Source: Candidatus Dormiibacterota bacterium (lineage in GTDB: Bacteria > Chloroflexota > Dormibacteria > Aeolococcales > Aeolococcaceae). From it: 64,000 nt of DNA. The notes beneath the pieces are model-generated. The model saw nothing but the letters and a program-made list of their open reading frames with translations. It had not been told where the DNA came from and ran no database searches. The DNA is taken from the NCBI GenBank assembly GCA_963850385.1, contig CAWKKS010000001.1, forward strand, positions 1,774,877 to 1,838,876, written 5' to 3'. Below, one piece after another: positions 41,371 through 53,389 of this stretch (positions within the stretch are counted from its first letter, which is position 1; each line of letters starts with the position of its first letter). The position numbers and the translations under genes were made by a program.

Positions 41371-41804
41371 GCGCTCTCCTCCGCCTCGGCGCCGGGCTCC
41401 TCGCGCACCACGAAACGGGTGCGGATGGGCAGCTTGTGGGCGGCCAGGCGCATCGCCTCCTTGGCCACCTCGGGGCTGACACCGGACATCTCGAAGAGCA
41501 TGCGGCCCGGCTTGACGACCGCCACCCAACCCTCGGGCTGGCCCTTGCCGCTGCCCATGCGGGTCTCGGCCGGCTTCTTGGTGTAGACGTGGTCGGGGAA
41601 GACGCGGATCCAGATCTTGCCGCCGCGCTTGACGTGGCGGGTCATGGCGCGGCGGGCAGCCTCGATCTGACGGTTGGTCATCCAGCAGACACCCATGGCC
41701 TGGAGGCCATAGGTCCCGAACGAGATCCGGTTGCCGCGCTGAGCGGCTCCCTGGCGGCGCCCGCGGTGGAGCTTGCGATGCTTGGTGCGCTTGGGCATGA
41801 GCAT
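41367..41804 (-). CDS. rplP: 50S ribosomal protein L16
   Basis: [20 protein letters not shown]. Confidence 0.98.
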   Translation of the reverse strand: MLMPKRTKHRKLHRGRRQGAAQRGNRISFGTYGLQAMGVCWMTNRQIEAARRAMTRHVKRGGKIWIRVFPDHVYTKKPAETRMGSGKGQPEGWVAVVKPGRMLFEMSGVSPEVAKEAMRLAAHKLPIRTRFVVREEPGAEAEESA

Positions 41805-41808
41805 GGGG

Positions 41809-42864
41809 CTACTCCTCCTCTGCCGTGGCGCCCGCGGCGGGCGCAGCCGGCTTGCGGGAGACGGGCTTGCGCGCCGCCGGCTTGGCCGGGGCACGGCTGG
41901 CCGGCTTCTTGGCGGCGGCGGGGGCCTTGCGCTTGGACGCGAGCTTCTCGACCTTCTCACCATCCTCGGGGATCCCCCCGACGGCCGCGACCACGGCCTC
42001 GTCGTCGGCATCCGCGTCAGCGTCAACCTCCGCCTCGGCATCGATGGCCGCCTCGGCGTCCGCGGCCTCGGGCCCGATCGGCGCCGGCGACTCGACCACC
42101 GCCACCGGGGCCGGCGCCTCGGCCGCGCGCGGTCGGGCTGGAGCCTCGGCGGCTGCCGGCGTGGCGCGCTCGAGGGAGTCGCCCGTCTCGCCGTCGTCGG
42201 ATTCGCGGACCGCGGTGCCGCTGATCGGCTCCCCCGTGGCGGTGACGAAGTCACCCTTGTAGATCCAGGCCTGCACCCCGATGCGCCCGAAGGTGGTGCG
42301 CGCCTCGGCCTGGCCGTAGTCGATGTTGGCGCGCAAGGTGTGCAGCGGCACGCGGCCGCCGCGGTCCCACTCGCGACGCGACATCTCGGCGCCGCCGAGG
42401 CGGCCGCTCACCTGGATCTTGCAGCCCTTGGCGCCCGCGCGCATCGAGCGCAGCAGGGTTTGCTTGAGGGCGCGCCGGAAGGCGATGCGCTTCTCCAGCT
42501 GTGAGGCCACGTTCTCGGCGACCAGCTTGGCGTCGAGCTCGGGCGTCTTGATCTCGTGGATGGTGACCCGCACCTTCTTGGCGGTGATCCGCTCGAGCTC
42601 GTCGCGCAGCGCGTCGACGGACGCGCCCTGCTTGCCGATGACGATGCCCGGCTTGGCCGTCTGGATGGTCACGGTCAGCTCGTTGCCGCGGCGCTCGGTC
42701 TCGATGCGCGCCACGCCGGCGTTGCGCAGGCGGCCGCCGATCAGCTTGCGGATCGCGATGTCCTCGTGCAGCAGCGCCGTGTAGTCCTTGTCGGCGTACC
42801 AGCGCGCGTCCCAGTTGCGGTACACGCCCAGGCGGAAGCCGATGGGGTGGACTTTCTGACCCAT
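41809..42864 (-). CDS. rpsC: 30S ribosomal protein S3 with ~145-aa C-terminal extension
   Basis: [23 protein letters not shown]. Confidence 0.97.
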   Translation of the reverse strand: MGQKVHPIGFRLGVYRNWDARWYADKDYTALLHEDIAIRKLIGGRLRNAGVARIETERRGNELTVTIQTAKPGIVIGKQGASVDALRDELERITAKKVRVTIHEIKTPELDAKLVAENVASQLEKRIAFRRALKQTLLRSMRAGAKGCKIQVSGRLGGAEMSRREWDRGGRVPLHTLRANIDYGQAEARTTFGRIGVQAWIYKGDFVTATGEPISGTAVRESDDGETGDSLERATPAAAEAPARPRAAEAPAPVAVVESPAPIGPEAADAEAAIDAEAEVDADADADDEAVVAAVGGIPEDGEKVEKLASKRKAPAAAKKPASRAPAKPAARKPVSRKPAAPAAGATAEEE

Positions 42865-43481
42865 TACTGGTTCTCTCCCTCGCCGGTGTCGGTGGCCGGC
42901 TCCTCGCTGGCGCTCACCGGCGCCGTGTCCTCGGTGGTCTTGGTCGGCTGCGTCGCTGTCGCCGGCGTCTTGGCCGCGGCGCCACGCCGGCGCGGGGTGG
43001 CGGCGCTCGCCTCAGGCGCGGCGCTGGGGGCGGCGGCGCTGCGACGGCGGCGGCTGGCCGGGGTCTCGCGCGCCGGGCCGGCGGCCGGCGCCGTCACCAC
43101 GGTGCGCGGCATGCGGATCTTCGAGCGCACCCGCTTGTTCACGGCCGCCTCGTCGTCGGTCACGAACGCCCGCAGGTGGGCGGTGCGCTTGAAGATGCTC
43201 CCGGACATGCCACGGGGCTTGGGCCGGAAGCGCTTGATGATCGCGGCCGCCTCGACCTCGACCCGGGCCACGCGCAACGTCGAAGCGTCGAGGTTGTAGT
43301 TGTGCTCGGCGTTGGCCGCGGCCGACTTGATGACGTTGGCGACGTCGCGGGCAGCCGCGCGCGGCGTGAAGCGCAGGATCACCAGCGCCTCGGCGACCGG
43401 CAGACCCTCGACGCTCGCGGTCACCAGGCGCGCCTTGCGCGCGGTGGTGCGAACCCACTTGGCGGTTGCGACTACTTCCAT
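42864..43481 (-). CDS. rplV: 50S ribosomal protein L22 with ~90-aa C-terminal extension
   Basis: [24 protein letters not shown]. Confidence 0.96.
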   Translation of the reverse strand: MEVVATAKWVRTTARKARLVTASVEGLPVAEALVILRFTPRAAARDVANVIKSAAANAEHNYNLDASTLRVARVEVEAAAIIKRFRPKPRGMSGSIFKRTAHLRAFVTDDEAAVNKRVRSKIRMPRTVVTAPAAGPARETPASRRRRSAAAPSAAPEASAATPRRRGAAAKTPATATQPTKTTEDTAPVSASEEPATDTGEGENQ

Positions 43482-43487
43482 CTCTCT

Positions 43488-43772
43488 CTACTTGAGCGCC
43501 GCGCTGCGCTCGGTGTGGTGACCGTGGCCGCGGTAGCGCCGCGTGGCGGCGAACTCGCCGAGCTTGTGCCCGACCATCGCCTCCGTGATGAACACGGGCA
43601 CGTGCTTGCGGCCGTCGTGCACGGCGATGGTGTGCCCCACCATGTCGGGGAACACGTCGCTGCGGCGCGACCACGTCTTGATGATCCGCTTCTCGCGGCT
43701 GGCATTGAGCTGCTGCACCTTCTTGAGGAGGTGGTCGTCGCAGAACGGACCTTTCTTCAGGGAACGGCTCAT
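43488..43772 (-). CDS. rpsS: 30S ribosomal protein S19
   Basis: [20 protein letters not shown]. Confidence 0.98.
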   Translation of the reverse strand: MSRSLKKGPFCDDHLLKKVQQLNASREKRIIKTWSRRSDVFPDMVGHTIAVHDGRKHVPVFITEAMVGHKLGEFAATRRYRGHGHHTERSAALK

Positions 43773-43776
43773 CTCT

Positions 43777-44601
43777 CTACTTCTTGCGACGTCGCACGAT
43801 CATCCGATCGGTCGACTTGTTGTGCCGGGTGCGGTAGCCGAGTGCCGGCTTGCCCCACGGCGTCTGCGGATGGCCACCGGCACCGCTGCGGCCCTCGCCA
43901 CCGCCGTGCGGGTGGTCGAAGGGGTTCATGGTCATGCCGCGCACGGAGGGCCGCCAGCCGCGCCAGCGCGACTTGCCCGCCTTGCCGACGGTCTCGTTCT
44001 CGTGGTCGACGTTGCCCACCTGCCCCACGGTCGCCGAGCAGTGCAGGTCGACGCGGCGCACCTCGCCGCTGGGCATGCGCAGGGTGGCGAAACCGCCCTC
44101 CTTGGCGAGCAGCTGCGCGGCCCCGCCGGCGCTGCGCACCAGCTGGCCGCCGCGGCCGAGCTTGAGCTCGATGTTGTGGATGGTGGTGCCCAGCGGCACG
44201 TTCGACAGCGGCAGGCTGTTGCCGGGGCGCACCTCGGCCTTGGCGCCGGCCATGACGGTGTCGCCGACGGCCAGGCCGAGGGGCGCGAGGATGTACCGCT
44301 TCTCGCCATCGGCGTAGTTGACCAGGGCGATCCGCGCCGACCGGTTGGGGTCGTACTCGATGGTGGCGACCCGGCCCGGGATGTCGAGCTTGTTGCGCTT
44401 GAAGTCGATGATCCGGTACAGCTTCTTGTGGCCGCCGCCACGGTGGCGCACGGTGATGCTGCCGGTGTTGTTGCGACCGCTGTGCTTCTTGAGGTGTTCG
44501 GTCAGCGACTTCTCGGGCGTGCCGCGGGTCACCTCCTCGAAGCTGCTCACCGACATGAAGCGGCGCCCCGGGCTGGTCGGCTTGTAGCGCTTGATGGGCA
44601 C
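43777..44601 (-). CDS. rplB: 50S ribosomal protein L2
   Basis: [21 protein letters not shown]. Confidence 0.98.
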   Translation of the reverse strand: MPIKRYKPTSPGRRFMSVSSFEEVTRGTPEKSLTEHLKKHSGRNNTGSITVRHRGGGHKKLYRIIDFKRNKLDIPGRVATIEYDPNRSARIALVNYADGEKRYILAPLGLAVGDTVMAGAKAEVRPGNSLPLSNVPLGTTIHNIELKLGRGGQLVRSAGGAAQLLAKEGGFATLRMPSGEVRRVDLHCSATVGQVGNVDHENETVGKAGKSRWRGWRPSVRGMTMNPFDHPHGGGEGRSGAGGHPQTPWGKPALGYRTRHNKSTDRMIVRRRKK

Positions 44602-44922
44602 TTACACGCCCTCGAAGAGGCCGTCGATGCGCTGACCCGGGGCCAGCGTCACCACCGCCTTCTTCCAGTTGGGGCTGTGCCCGACGACGCGGGCGCGGCC
44701 GCGCGACCGGCGGCGCACCTTGCCGCGCACGTTGATGGTGTTGACCTTGGTGACGGTGATCTTCTGCGCCGCGAACAGCTGCTCGACGGCGCGCCCGATG
44801 TCCACCTTGGTCGCCCAGCTGGCGCAACGGAACGCGTAGCGCCCGGACGCCATCGCCCCGTAGGACTTCTCGCTGACCACGGGCCCGATGACGGCCTGCT
44901 CGGCGGTGCGACCGGCGCTCAT
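44602..44922 (-). CDS. rplW: 50S ribosomal protein L23
   Basis: PVVSEKS, VNTINV.GK, WKKAVVTL. Confidence 0.96.
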   Translation of the reverse strand: MSAGRTAEQAVIGPVVSEKSYGAMASGRYAFRCASWATKVDIGRAVEQLFAAQKITVTKVNTINVRGKVRRRSRGRARVVGHSPNWKKAVVTLAPGQRIDGLFEGV

Positions 44923-45542
44923 GACCAGGCCTCCTCGACGTGCTCGACGGCGTCCCGGGTCATCAGCACCGTCTCGGCGGTGAGCAGGTCACGCACCGAC
45001 AGGTTGGCGGCGAGGATGACGCGGACCTCGGGGAGGTTGCGTGCGCTGCGCTCGAGGAGCTCGTTGTGCGACCCGAGCACCACCAGCACGCGCGCCCCGG
45101 CCTCGATGTTGCGCAGCAGCGCGACCACCGCGCGGGTGCTCGGTGCCTCGAGCTCGAAACCGGACAGCACCGAGATCTGCCCGTCCTGTGCCTTGGCGGA
45201 GAGTGCGCTGCGCAGCGCCATTCGGCGCTGCTTGCGGGGCATGTCCTGGCGGTAGCTGCGCGGGGTGGGGCCGAAGACGATGCCGCCGCCTGCCCACTGC
45301 GGGGAGCGGATCGAGCCCTGGCGCGCGCGGCCGGTGCCCTTCTGGCGCCACGGCTTCTTGCCGCCACCGCGCACCTCGGTCCGGGTCTTGGTGTCGTGCG
45401 TTCCCTGGCGGGCGTTGGCGAGCTGGCGCAGCAACGCCTGGTGCATCACCGCGGTGTTGATGGGCACGCCGAAGATCGCCTCGGCGAGCTCGAGCTCCCC
45501 GCTCTTGGCGCCGGACTGGTCGACGATCGACACAGCGGTCAT
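44919..45542 (-). CDS. rplD: 50S ribosomal protein L4
   Basis: KPWRQKGTGRARQGS. Confidence 0.98.
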   Translation of the reverse strand: MTAVSIVDQSGAKSGELELAEAIFGVPINTAVMHQALLRQLANARQGTHDTKTRTEVRGGGKKPWRQKGTGRARQGSIRSPQWAGGGIVFGPTPRSYRQDMPRKQRRMALRSALSAKAQDGQISVLSGFELEAPSTRAVVALLRNIEAGARVLVVLGSHNELLERSARNLPEVRVILAANLSVRDLLTAETVLMTRDAVEHVEEAWS

Positions 45543-46168
45543 GACAGCTCCTCGCCGTTGCTCGGACGGACCAGCACCACGCTGTTCCTGTGGCCGGGCA
45601 CCGACCCCTTGATGAGCAGCAGGTTGCGCTCGCCGTCGACGCGGACCACCTCGAGGTGGCGCACGGTGCGACGCACGTTGCCGTACTGCCCGGACATCTT
45701 CACGCCCTTGAACGTGCGCGCCGCGTCCACCGACCCGATCGAGCCCGGCTGACGGGTGTTCATCGAACCGTGGCTCACTGGGCCACGGCTGAAACCGTGG
45801 CGCTTGACGGTGCCGGAGAAGCCCTTGCCCTGGCTGGTGCCGGTCACGTCGACGAGGTCGCCCTCACTGAACATCTCCACGCGCAGGCGCGCGCCCAGCT
45901 CGGCCTCGCCGGCGTCGCGCAGCTCGGTGAGCCGCCGCAGCGGGCGCACCCCGGCACGCCGGAAGTGCCCTGCCTGCGGCTTGGTGACGCGCCGCGGCGC
46001 CTTCTCACCGAAGCCGATCTGGAGCGCCTCGTAGCCGTCGCGCGAGGTCGTCTTGCGCTGCACCACGTGGCAGGAGTTGGACTCCAGCACGGTGACCGGC
46101 ACCACGGTGCCCCGCTCCGTGAAGATCTGGGTCATGCCCACCTTGCGGGCGAGGATCCCCTTACCCAC
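45539..46168 (-). CDS. rplC: 50S ribosomal protein L3
   Basis: [23 protein letters not shown]. Confidence 0.97.
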   Translation of the reverse strand: MGKGILARKVGMTQIFTERGTVVPVTVLESNSCHVVQRKTTSRDGYEALQIGFGEKAPRRVTKPQAGHFRRAGVRPLRRLTELRDAGEAELGARLRVEMFSEGDLVDVTGTSQGKGFSGTVKRHGFSRGPVSHGSMNTRQPGSIGSVDAARTFKGVKMSGQYGNVRRTVRHLEVVRVDGERNLLLIKGSVPGHRNSVVLVRPSNGEELS

Positions 46169-46481
46169 GCTGGTCTCCGAGCTTGATCTCGATGTTGACG
46201 CCGCTGGGCATGTTGAGCCGCATGAGAGCGTCGACGACCTTGGGGTTGGGGTCGAGGATGTCGAGGATGCGCTTGTGGGTGCGCATCTCGAACTGCTCGC
46301 GGGAGTCCTTGTCGATGAACGGCCCGCGCACCACGGTGTACTTGTTGATGGACGTGGGCAGGGGAACAGGACCGGCGACGCGGGTCCCTGTCCGAGTGGC
46401 CGTGTCGACGATCTTCGACGCGGCCTGGTCAAGGACCCGGTGGTCGTATGCCTTCAGGCGGATGCGGATCTTCTGTGCCAT
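46161..46481 (-). CDS. rpsJ: 30S ribosomal protein S10
   Basis: [28 protein letters not shown]. Confidence 0.98.
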   Translation of the reverse strand: MAQKIRIRLKAYDHRVLDQAASKIVDTATRTGTRVAGPVPLPTSINKYTVVRGPFIDKDSREQFEMRTHKRILDILDPNPKVVDALMRLNMPSGVNIEIKLGDQRG

Positions 46482-46517
46482 CAGTGGTGAACCGGTACCT
46501 GTTCCCTGTCTCTGAGA

Positions 46518-47702
<1,185 letters not shown>

Positions 47703-47722
47703 CTCTGCTCGTTTCTCCGCTG

Positions 47723-49801
47723 TTATGCCTTGGACTTGGCGATGATCTCTTCGGCGATGTTGTTGGGAAGAGCCTGGTAGTGGTCGAACTCCATCGAATA
47801 GGTGGCTCGCCCCTGGGTCATGCTGCGCAGCTCGGTCGAGTAGCCGAACATCGAGGCCAGGGGCACGTGAGCATGCACCATCTGCGAGGTTCCGCGCCCC
47901 TCCATCCCGAGGATGGTGCCGCGGCGACCGCTGAGGTTGCCCATGACGTCGCCCATGTACTCCTCGGGCATGCTCACGTCGACCTTCATGATCGGTTCGA
48001 GCAGCACGGGCTTGGCCTTGCGCATGCCGTCCTTGAAGCCCATCGAGCCGGCGATCGAGAACGCCTGCTCGTTGGAGTCGACGTCGTGGTAGGAGCCGTC
48101 GACGAGGTAGACCTTGACGTCGACCACCGGGTAACCGGCGAGGACGCCGTTGGTGAGCGTCTCCTCGATGCCACGGCCGGTCGGGGCCACGTACTCGCGG
48201 GGAACCGACCCACCGACGATCTTGCTGACGAACTCGAAGCCCTTGCCCGGCTCGTTGGGCTCCAGCTCCAGCTCGACGTGGCCGTACTGGCCGCGACCAC
48301 CGGACTGGCGCACGAAACGGCCGGTGCCGTGGGCCTTCACGGTGATCGTCTCGCGGTAGGCCACCTGTGGCTTGCCGACGTTGGCGTCCACCTTGAACTC
48401 GCGCAGCATGCGGTCCACGATGATCTCGAGGTGGAGCTCGCCCATCCCGCTGATGATGGTCTGGCCTGTCTCGTCGTCTGAGCGAACCCGGAACGTCGGG
48501 TCCTCCTCGGCCAGCTTCTGCAGGGCCACGCCCATCTTGTCCTGGTCGGCCTTGGTCTTGGGCTCGACGGCGACCGAGATGACCGGCTCGGGGAAGCTCA
48601 TCGACTCGAGGATGATCGGGTGCTGCTCATCGGAGAGCGTGTCACCGGTGGTGGTCTTGCGCAGGCCGATCGCGGCGGCGATGTCACCGGCGCGCACCTC
48701 CTCGATCTCCTCGCGGTGGTTGGCGTGCATCTGGAGGATGCGGCCGACGCGCTCGCGCTCGCCCTTGGTGGCGTTGTAGACGTAGCTGCCGCTGCGCAGC
48801 ACGCCGCTGTACACCCGGAAGAAGGTGAGCTTGCCCACGAAGGGGTCGGTGGCGATCTTGAAGGCGAGTGCGGAGAACGGGTCCTCGTCGCTGACATGGC
48901 GGGTCTCGAGCTTCTCGTCGCGCAGCCCCTCGATGGCCGGCTTGTCCAGCGGCGAGGGCAGGAAGTCGACGACCGCGTCGAGCATCGGCTGCACGCCCTT
49001 GTTCTTCAGCGCGCTGCCGCAGAGCACCGGGACGATCTTGGTCTGCACGGTGCCGGTGCGCAGCGCGCGCACCAGCTCGTCGGTGCTCGGATCCTCGCCG
49101 TCGAGGTACTTGATCATCAGCTCGTCGTCACAGTCCGCCGCGGCCTCGACCAGGGTGTGGCGGTACTCGGCCACCTGCTCGGCCATCTCCGCGGGGATCT
49201 CGCTTCGCTTGCTGGTGGTGCCGAGGTCGTCGGTGTAGACGATCGCCTCCATCCGCACCAGGTCGATGACGCCCTTGAAGTCGTTCTCGGCGCCGATGGG
49301 CAGCTGGATGCAGACGGGGTTGGCCCCGAGGCGCTCACGGATGCTGGCCACCGAAGCGAAGAAGTTGGCGCCGACCCGGTCCATCTTGTTGACGAAGCAG
49401 ATGCGGGGCACGTCGTAGCGGTCCGCCTGGCGCCACACCGTCTCGGACTGGGGCTCGACGCCGGCGACGGCATCGAATACGGCGACGGCACCGTCGAGCA
49501 CCCGGAGGCTGCGCTCCACCTCCATCGTGAAGTCCACATGCCCGGGCGTATCGATGATGTTGATGCGATGGCCGCGCCACTCCGCGGCGGTCGCCGCCGA
49601 GGTGATGGTGATGCCGCGCTCCTGCTCCTGGACCATCCAGTCCATGGTCGCGGCGCCCTCGTGCACCTCGCCCATCTTGTGGATGCGCCCGGTATAGAAG
49701 AGGACGCGCTCGGTGGTGGTGGTCTTGCCCGCGTCGATGTGCGCCATGATCCCGATGTTGCGGGTCTTCTCGAGCGGGAACGCCCGTGTTGCCACTGCCA
49801 T
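47723..49801 (-). CDS. fusA: Elongation factor G
   Basis: [25 protein letters not shown]. Confidence 0.99.
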   Translation of the reverse strand: MAVATRAFPLEKTRNIGIMAHIDAGKTTTTERVLFYTGRIHKMGEVHEGAATMDWMVQEQERGITITSAATAAEWRGHRINIIDTPGHVDFTMEVERSLRVLDGAVAVFDAVAGVEPQSETVWRQADRYDVPRICFVNKMDRVGANFFASVASIRERLGANPVCIQLPIGAENDFKGVIDLVRMEAIVYTDDLGTTSKRSEIPAEMAEQVAEYRHTLVEAAADCDDELMIKYLDGEDPSTDELVRALRTGTVQTKIVPVLCGSALKNKGVQPMLDAVVDFLPSPLDKPAIEGLRDEKLETRHVSDEDPFSALAFKIATDPFVGKLTFFRVYSGVLRSGSYVYNATKGERERVGRILQMHANHREEIEEVRAGDIAAAIGLRKTTTGDTLSDEQHPIILESMSFPEPVISVAVEPKTKADQDKMGVALQKLAEEDPTFRVRSDDETGQTIISGMGELHLEIIVDRMLREFKVDANVGKPQVAYRETITVKAHGTGRFVRQSGGRGQYGHVELELEPNEPGKGFEFVSKIVGGSVPREYVAPTGRGIEETLTNGVLAGYPVVDVKVYLVDGSYHDVDSNEQAFSIAGSMGFKDGMRKAKPVLLEPIMKVDVSMPEEYMGDVMGNLSGRRGTILGMEGRGTSQMVHAHVPLASMFGYSTELRSMTQGRATYSMEFDHYQALPNNIAEEIIAKSKA

Positions 49802-49803
49802 CG

Positions 49804-50274
49804 CTAGTACCGGAAGTGGCTGAAGGCCTTGTTCGACTCGGCCATCTTGTGGGTGTCCTCTCGCCTCTTGATCGAGGCGCCGACGCCGTTGGCGGCGTCC
49901 ATCAGCTCACCGGCGAGGTTGTCGGCCATGCTCTTGCCATTGCGTCCGCGCGCGTAGCGGATGATCCAGCGGCGCGCCAGGGCGGCACGGCGGTCGTGGC
50001 GGATCTCGACGGGCACCTGGTAGGTGGCGCCGCCGACCCGCTTGGGCTTGACCTCGAGGACAGGCGTGACGTTGCGCATCGCCTGCTCGAAGACGTCGAG
50101 CGGCTCACGACGCTGCGAGCGCCTGATCTTCTCGAAGGCGTCGTACACGATCTTCTCGGCGGTGCTCTTCTTGCCAGCCAGCATCACGCAGTTGATGAAC
50201 TTGGCCAGCGCGGGGTTGCCGTAGATCGGGTCGGGCAGGATGACCCGCTTCTGGATGCGGGCACGGCGAGGCAT
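49804..50274 (-). CDS. rpsG: 30S ribosomal protein S7
   Basis: [19 protein letters not shown]. Confidence 0.98.
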   Translation of the reverse strand: MPRRARIQKRVILPDPIYGNPALAKFINCVMLAGKKSTAEKIVYDAFEKIRRSQRREPLDVFEQAMRNVTPVLEVKPKRVGGATYQVPVEIRHDRRAALARRWIIRYARGRNGKSMADNLAGELMDAANGVGASIKRREDTHKMAESNKAFSHFRY

Positions 50275-50655
50275 CTACTTGGCCGCTTTCTCGCGCTTGG
50301 CGCCGTACTTGCTGCGGCCCTGCTTGCGGTTGCGCGCGCCGGCGGTGTCGAGGGTGCCACGGACGACGTGGTAGCGCACGCCGGGGAGGTCGGCGACCTT
50401 GCCGCCGCGCACCAGCACCACCGAGTGCTCCTGGAGGTTGTGGCCGATGCCGGGGATGTACGCGGTCACCTCGACCTTGCTGGTGAGACGAACGCGGCAG
50501 ACCTTGCGCAACGCCGAGTTGGGTTTGCGGGGGGTGGTGGTGTAGACGCGCACGCACACGCCGCGGCGCTGGGGGCATCCCCGAAGCGCCGGGGCCTTGG
50601 TCTTCTTGACCGCGGTCCGGCGGCCCTTGCGGACCAGTTGCTGGATGGTGGGCAC
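50275..50655 (-). CDS. rpsL: 30S ribosomal protein S12 (R43, K86, A88 variant)
   Basis: [25 protein letters not shown]. Confidence 0.98.
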   Translation of the reverse strand: MPTIQQLVRKGRRTAVKKTKAPALRGCPQRRGVCVRVYTTTPRKPNSALRKVCRVRLTSKVEVTAYIPGIGHNLQEHSVVLVRGGKVADLPGVRYHVVRGTLDTAGARNRKQGRSKYGAKREKAAK

Positions 50656-50733
50656 GCTACTCCGATCGAATGAACAGCACAGCCCGGCTGGACTGCGCGC
50701 GAATACACGTTCGCCACGGTGGCGCGAACGGAG

Positions 50734-50763
50734 ATCCTACCAGCGTTCCGATCTCGGCGTCAA
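50734..50763 (-). promoter_or_regulatory. Promoter of the str operon
   Basis: TTGACG-18 bp-TAGGAT with TGn extension. Confidence 0.75.
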
Positions 50764-50815
50764 ACTCGGGCAGGGCCTTTCCGGCCGCCCTCGGCAGCGC
50801 CGTGTGGCGGCCGCG

Positions 50816-51427
50816 TCAACCCCACGGCGCCAGCCGCGGCGCCGGCCCGCGGCCGACCAGCCAGGCCAGCAGCTCGCGCTCGTCGGCGGTGGGCAGGAAC
50901 TGCTCGGTGGCGCGGGGCAACCACGCCTCGACCAGGTCCTGGGGCCAGTCCTGCGGCCCGTAGCCGAGGCCGAGGTCGGCATGGTGGACCTCCACCTCGC
51001 GCCACCGCGAGAAGACGACCGCCCGCGCCGGGATCTCGTCGCCACCGACGGACCTCGTCAGCCTGTCCCAGGCGTGGGGCGGGGCCGCGGCCAGGGCATG
51101 CTCGACGGCGAGGTTGGTGCCCAGGACGTCGCCGGTCAGCTCCGCGGCACTGCGCATCGCCCCGGACTCGATCTCACGCTCCCGCCCGGCCGCGCCGCCC
51201 TCGTACTGGTCGACCACCTCCCCCGCAGCGGCGCCCGCGAGGCGGCGCACCACGCTGTCGGCGTTGCGCGCCACGTGGGTGAGCACGTGCCCCACCGTCC
51301 AGCCGGGCAGCCGGCTGGGCCGCCGGGCCACCTCGTCGGTCAGGCCCGCGAGCGTCGCCGCCAGGCGCGCGTGCGACCGCTCGACACCGGCGATCTCCGC
51401 CGCCGGCACCCCTGCAGGAGAGCTCAC
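50816..51427 (-). CDS. Maleylpyruvate isomerase (MDMPI)-family, DinB-like thiol-dependent protein
   Basis: PSRLPGWTVGHVLTHVARNAD, RWREVEVHHADLG. Confidence 0.88.
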   Translation of the reverse strand: MSSPAGVPAAEIAGVERSHARLAATLAGLTDEVARRPSRLPGWTVGHVLTHVARNADSVVRRLAGAAAGEVVDQYEGGAAGREREIESGAMRSAAELTGDVLGTNLAVEHALAAAPPHAWDRLTRSVGGDEIPARAVVFSRWREVEVHHADLGLGYGPQDWPQDLVEAWLPRATEQFLPTADERELLAWLVGRGPAPRLAPWG

Positions 51428-51547
51428 CGGGCCAGCCTATCGGGGTGGGCCGGTTGGGCGCGTCGACGCTTTCAGAAAACACGTCATAGACTTCGATCGC
51501 GTCAGGTGCTAACGTCGTCTCCTGGGGATGGGATTGGGGGGTTTGGG

Positions 51548-51727
51548 ATGGAGAGGTCGCCGGCGCCCGACTACGAGAGGGCCGAGCAGTGGCTCGCCGA
51601 CTTTCACGAGGATCTCAACTGCAATCGGTACCCGACCTACGTGACGCTGCGGCGCGTCGTGGTCGAGGCCGCGCAGCGCGCGCAGAGCATGGCGCGGCTC
51701 GAGCACGAGCTGCAGCGCCTGCGCTGA
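51548..51727 (+). CDS. 59-aa hypothetical protein
   Basis: MERSPAPDYERAEQWLADFHEDLNCNRYPTYVTLRRVVVEAAQRAQSMARLEHELQRLR; GC3-biased codons; promoter-like TAGACT-17-TAACGT at 51487-51515. Confidence 0.55.
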   Translation: MERSPAPDYERAEQWLADFHEDLNCNRYPTYVTLRRVVVEAAQRAQSMARLEHELQRLR

Positions 51728-51770
51728 GCAGCGGCCGGCGCGCAGCGGGGCGCGGCGGCGGGCAGGGCAC

Positions 51771-51779
51771 TGGTATCCT
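51771..51779 (+). promoter_or_regulatory. Extended -10 promoter for rplJ-rplL
   Basis: TGG-TATCCT upstream of the L10 leader. Confidence 0.55.
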
Positions 51780-51819
51780 CGCCACGCAGACCAATCCAAG
51801 GATGCCGACGAGGCAACCT

Positions 51820-51960
51820 CTCGCCAGAGACCGCAGGCGGGGCAGCGCGCTCCTCAATCTCCTGCGGTAGGTGAGTGAGTGGAGCGGCGGCGTGTCGGCG
51901 GACGCGCACCGCGACGCCCACCTCACACAGCGGTGGGTGTCGCCCGAGGGTCCGCGACAC
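51820..51960 (+). ncRNA. Ribosomal protein L10 leader
   Basis: AGACCGCAGG...TCAAT..CCTGCGGTAGG; ACCGCAGG (51830-37) pairs with CCTGCGGT (51861-68); directly upstream of rplJ; boundaries approximate. Confidence 0.75.
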
Positions 51961-51971
51961 GGAGGAACCAC

Positions 51972-52529
51972 ATGGCAGTCAATGCCGCCGATCAGAGCGG
52001 CACCCGCGCCAGCCCGCGCAAGCGCGAGGCGGTCGACCGGCTCACCGACAAGATGCGCCGCGCCACGTCGGCGGTGGTCACCGACTACCGGGGGCTGACC
52101 GTCGCCCAGCTCGAGGAGTTGCGCGCCCAGCTCCGCACCCAGGGCGTCGACTACGTCGTCGTCAAGAACACGCTGGCACGCCGCGCCGCCGAGGCCGCCG
52201 GCATCGCCGAGTTCAGCCAGGCCCTGGTCGGCCCGGTGGGCCTGGCGTTCGGATATGGCGACCTCGCCGTGCCCGCCCGGGTGCTGTCCGACTACTTCAG
52301 GGTCAACCGGCGCCTGCCGTCGGTCGCCGGCCTGGTCGAGGGCCAGGTCCTCGATGCCGCCGGGGTCAAGACCCTGTCGGAGCTTCCCTCGCGTGACGCC
52401 TTGCTGGCGCAGCTCGCCGGCACGCTGCAATCGCCGCTGACCCAGCTGGCCGGAGCCCTGGAATCGATCACCGCCACCTTCGCGTCCACGCTCGAGGCGT
52501 ATCGCGACAAGCTCGCCGCGGCCGCATAG
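51972..52529 (+). CDS. rplJ: 50S ribosomal protein L10
   Basis: GGAGG SD; [24 protein letters not shown]. Confidence 0.96.
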   Translation: MAVNAADQSGTRASPRKREAVDRLTDKMRRATSAVVTDYRGLTVAQLEELRAQLRTQGVDYVVVKNTLARRAAEAAGIAEFSQALVGPVGLAFGYGDLAVPARVLSDYFRVNRRLPSVAGLVEGQVLDAAGVKTLSELPSRDALLAQLAGTLQSPLTQLAGALESITATFASTLEAYRDKLAAAA

Positions 52530-52561
52530 CGCCGCGCACCAGCCCGATTAGGAGAGATCAG

Positions 52562-52957
52562 ATGGCCACCAAGACCCTCACCCCCGAGGACTTCGTCGAG
52601 TCGCTCAAGGACTGGACGGTCCTCGACGTCGTCAACGCCGTCAAGCTCATGGAGGAGAAGCTCGGCGTCAAGGCCGCGGCCCCCGTCGCCGCCGCCGCGG
52701 CGCCTGCGGCGGCCGGAGGCGGTGCTGATGCGCCCGCCGAGGAGCAGACCGAGTTCACCGTCGTCCTCACCGGGGCCGGTGACGCCAAGATCAACGCCAT
52801 CAAGGCAGTCCGTGAGATCACCGGTCTCGGCCTCAAGGAGGCCAAGGACCTGGTCGACGGCGCCCCCAAGCCGGTGCGCGAGGGCGTCTCCCGCGAGGAC
52901 GCCGACGCCGCCGCGGCCAAGCTCAAGGACGCCGGCGCGTCGGTCGAGATCCGCTAG
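52562..52957 (+). CDS. rplL: 50S ribosomal protein L7/L12
   Basis: [22 protein letters not shown]. Confidence 0.97.
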   Translation: MATKTLTPEDFVESLKDWTVLDVVNAVKLMEEKLGVKAAAPVAAAAAPAAAGGGADAPAEEQTEFTVVLTGAGDAKINAIKAVREITGLGLKEAKDLVDGAPKPVREGVSREDADAAAAKLKDAGASVEIR

Positions 52958-52969
52958 GCGTCGCGCTCC

Positions 52970-53007
52970 AGGGCCCGCGCCGGACACCGGCGCGGGCCTT
53001 TCTCTTT
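52970..53007 (+). terminator. Intrinsic terminator after rplL
   Basis: 12-bp stem GGCCCGCGCCGG/CCGGCGCGGGCC, ACA loop, followed by TTTCTCTTT. Confidence 0.85.
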
Positions 53008-53016
53008 AATGGGTGT

Positions 53017-53379
53017 GTGTCACTGACCTTCGAGAGCACAGTCGTCGACTGCCAGGACGCCAAACGCGTCGGTGAGTTCTGGGCCGCCCTGCTCGACCGG
53101 CCCCTGCAGTCCGAAGCCGGCGACCACACCGAATACTGGATCGACTTCGACGCCGGGGCCGCCCTGCTCTTCCTGGAGGTCCCGGAGGCCAAGTCGGTGA
53201 AGAACCGTCTCCACATCGACCTCCGCCCCGACGACCAAACCGCCGAGGTGGAGAGGGCGCTGTCGCTCGGCGCCCGGCACGTGGATATCGGCCAGGGCGA
53301 GCAGACCTGGGTGGTCCTGGCCGACGTCGAGGGCAACGAGTTCTGCATCCTCCGGGCCCTCCCCCCGGGCGAGTCCTGA
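53017..53379 (+). CDS. VOC/glyoxalase-like protein
   Basis: VVDC.D....FWAALL, VPEAK..KNRLHIDL, VLAD.EGNEFC. Confidence 0.88.
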   Translation: MSLTFESTVVDCQDAKRVGEFWAALLDRPLQSEAGDHTEYWIDFDAGAALLFLEVPEAKSVKNRLHIDLRPDDQTAEVERALSLGARHVDIGQGEQTWVVLADVEGNEFCILRALPPGES

Positions 53380-53389
53380 CCCGTCGGGG

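Noticed and set aside
50656-50733. rpsL leader hairpins as a regulatory RNA
   Set aside because: The stem that would sequester the SD needs bases probably upstream of the TSS; no recognisable motif
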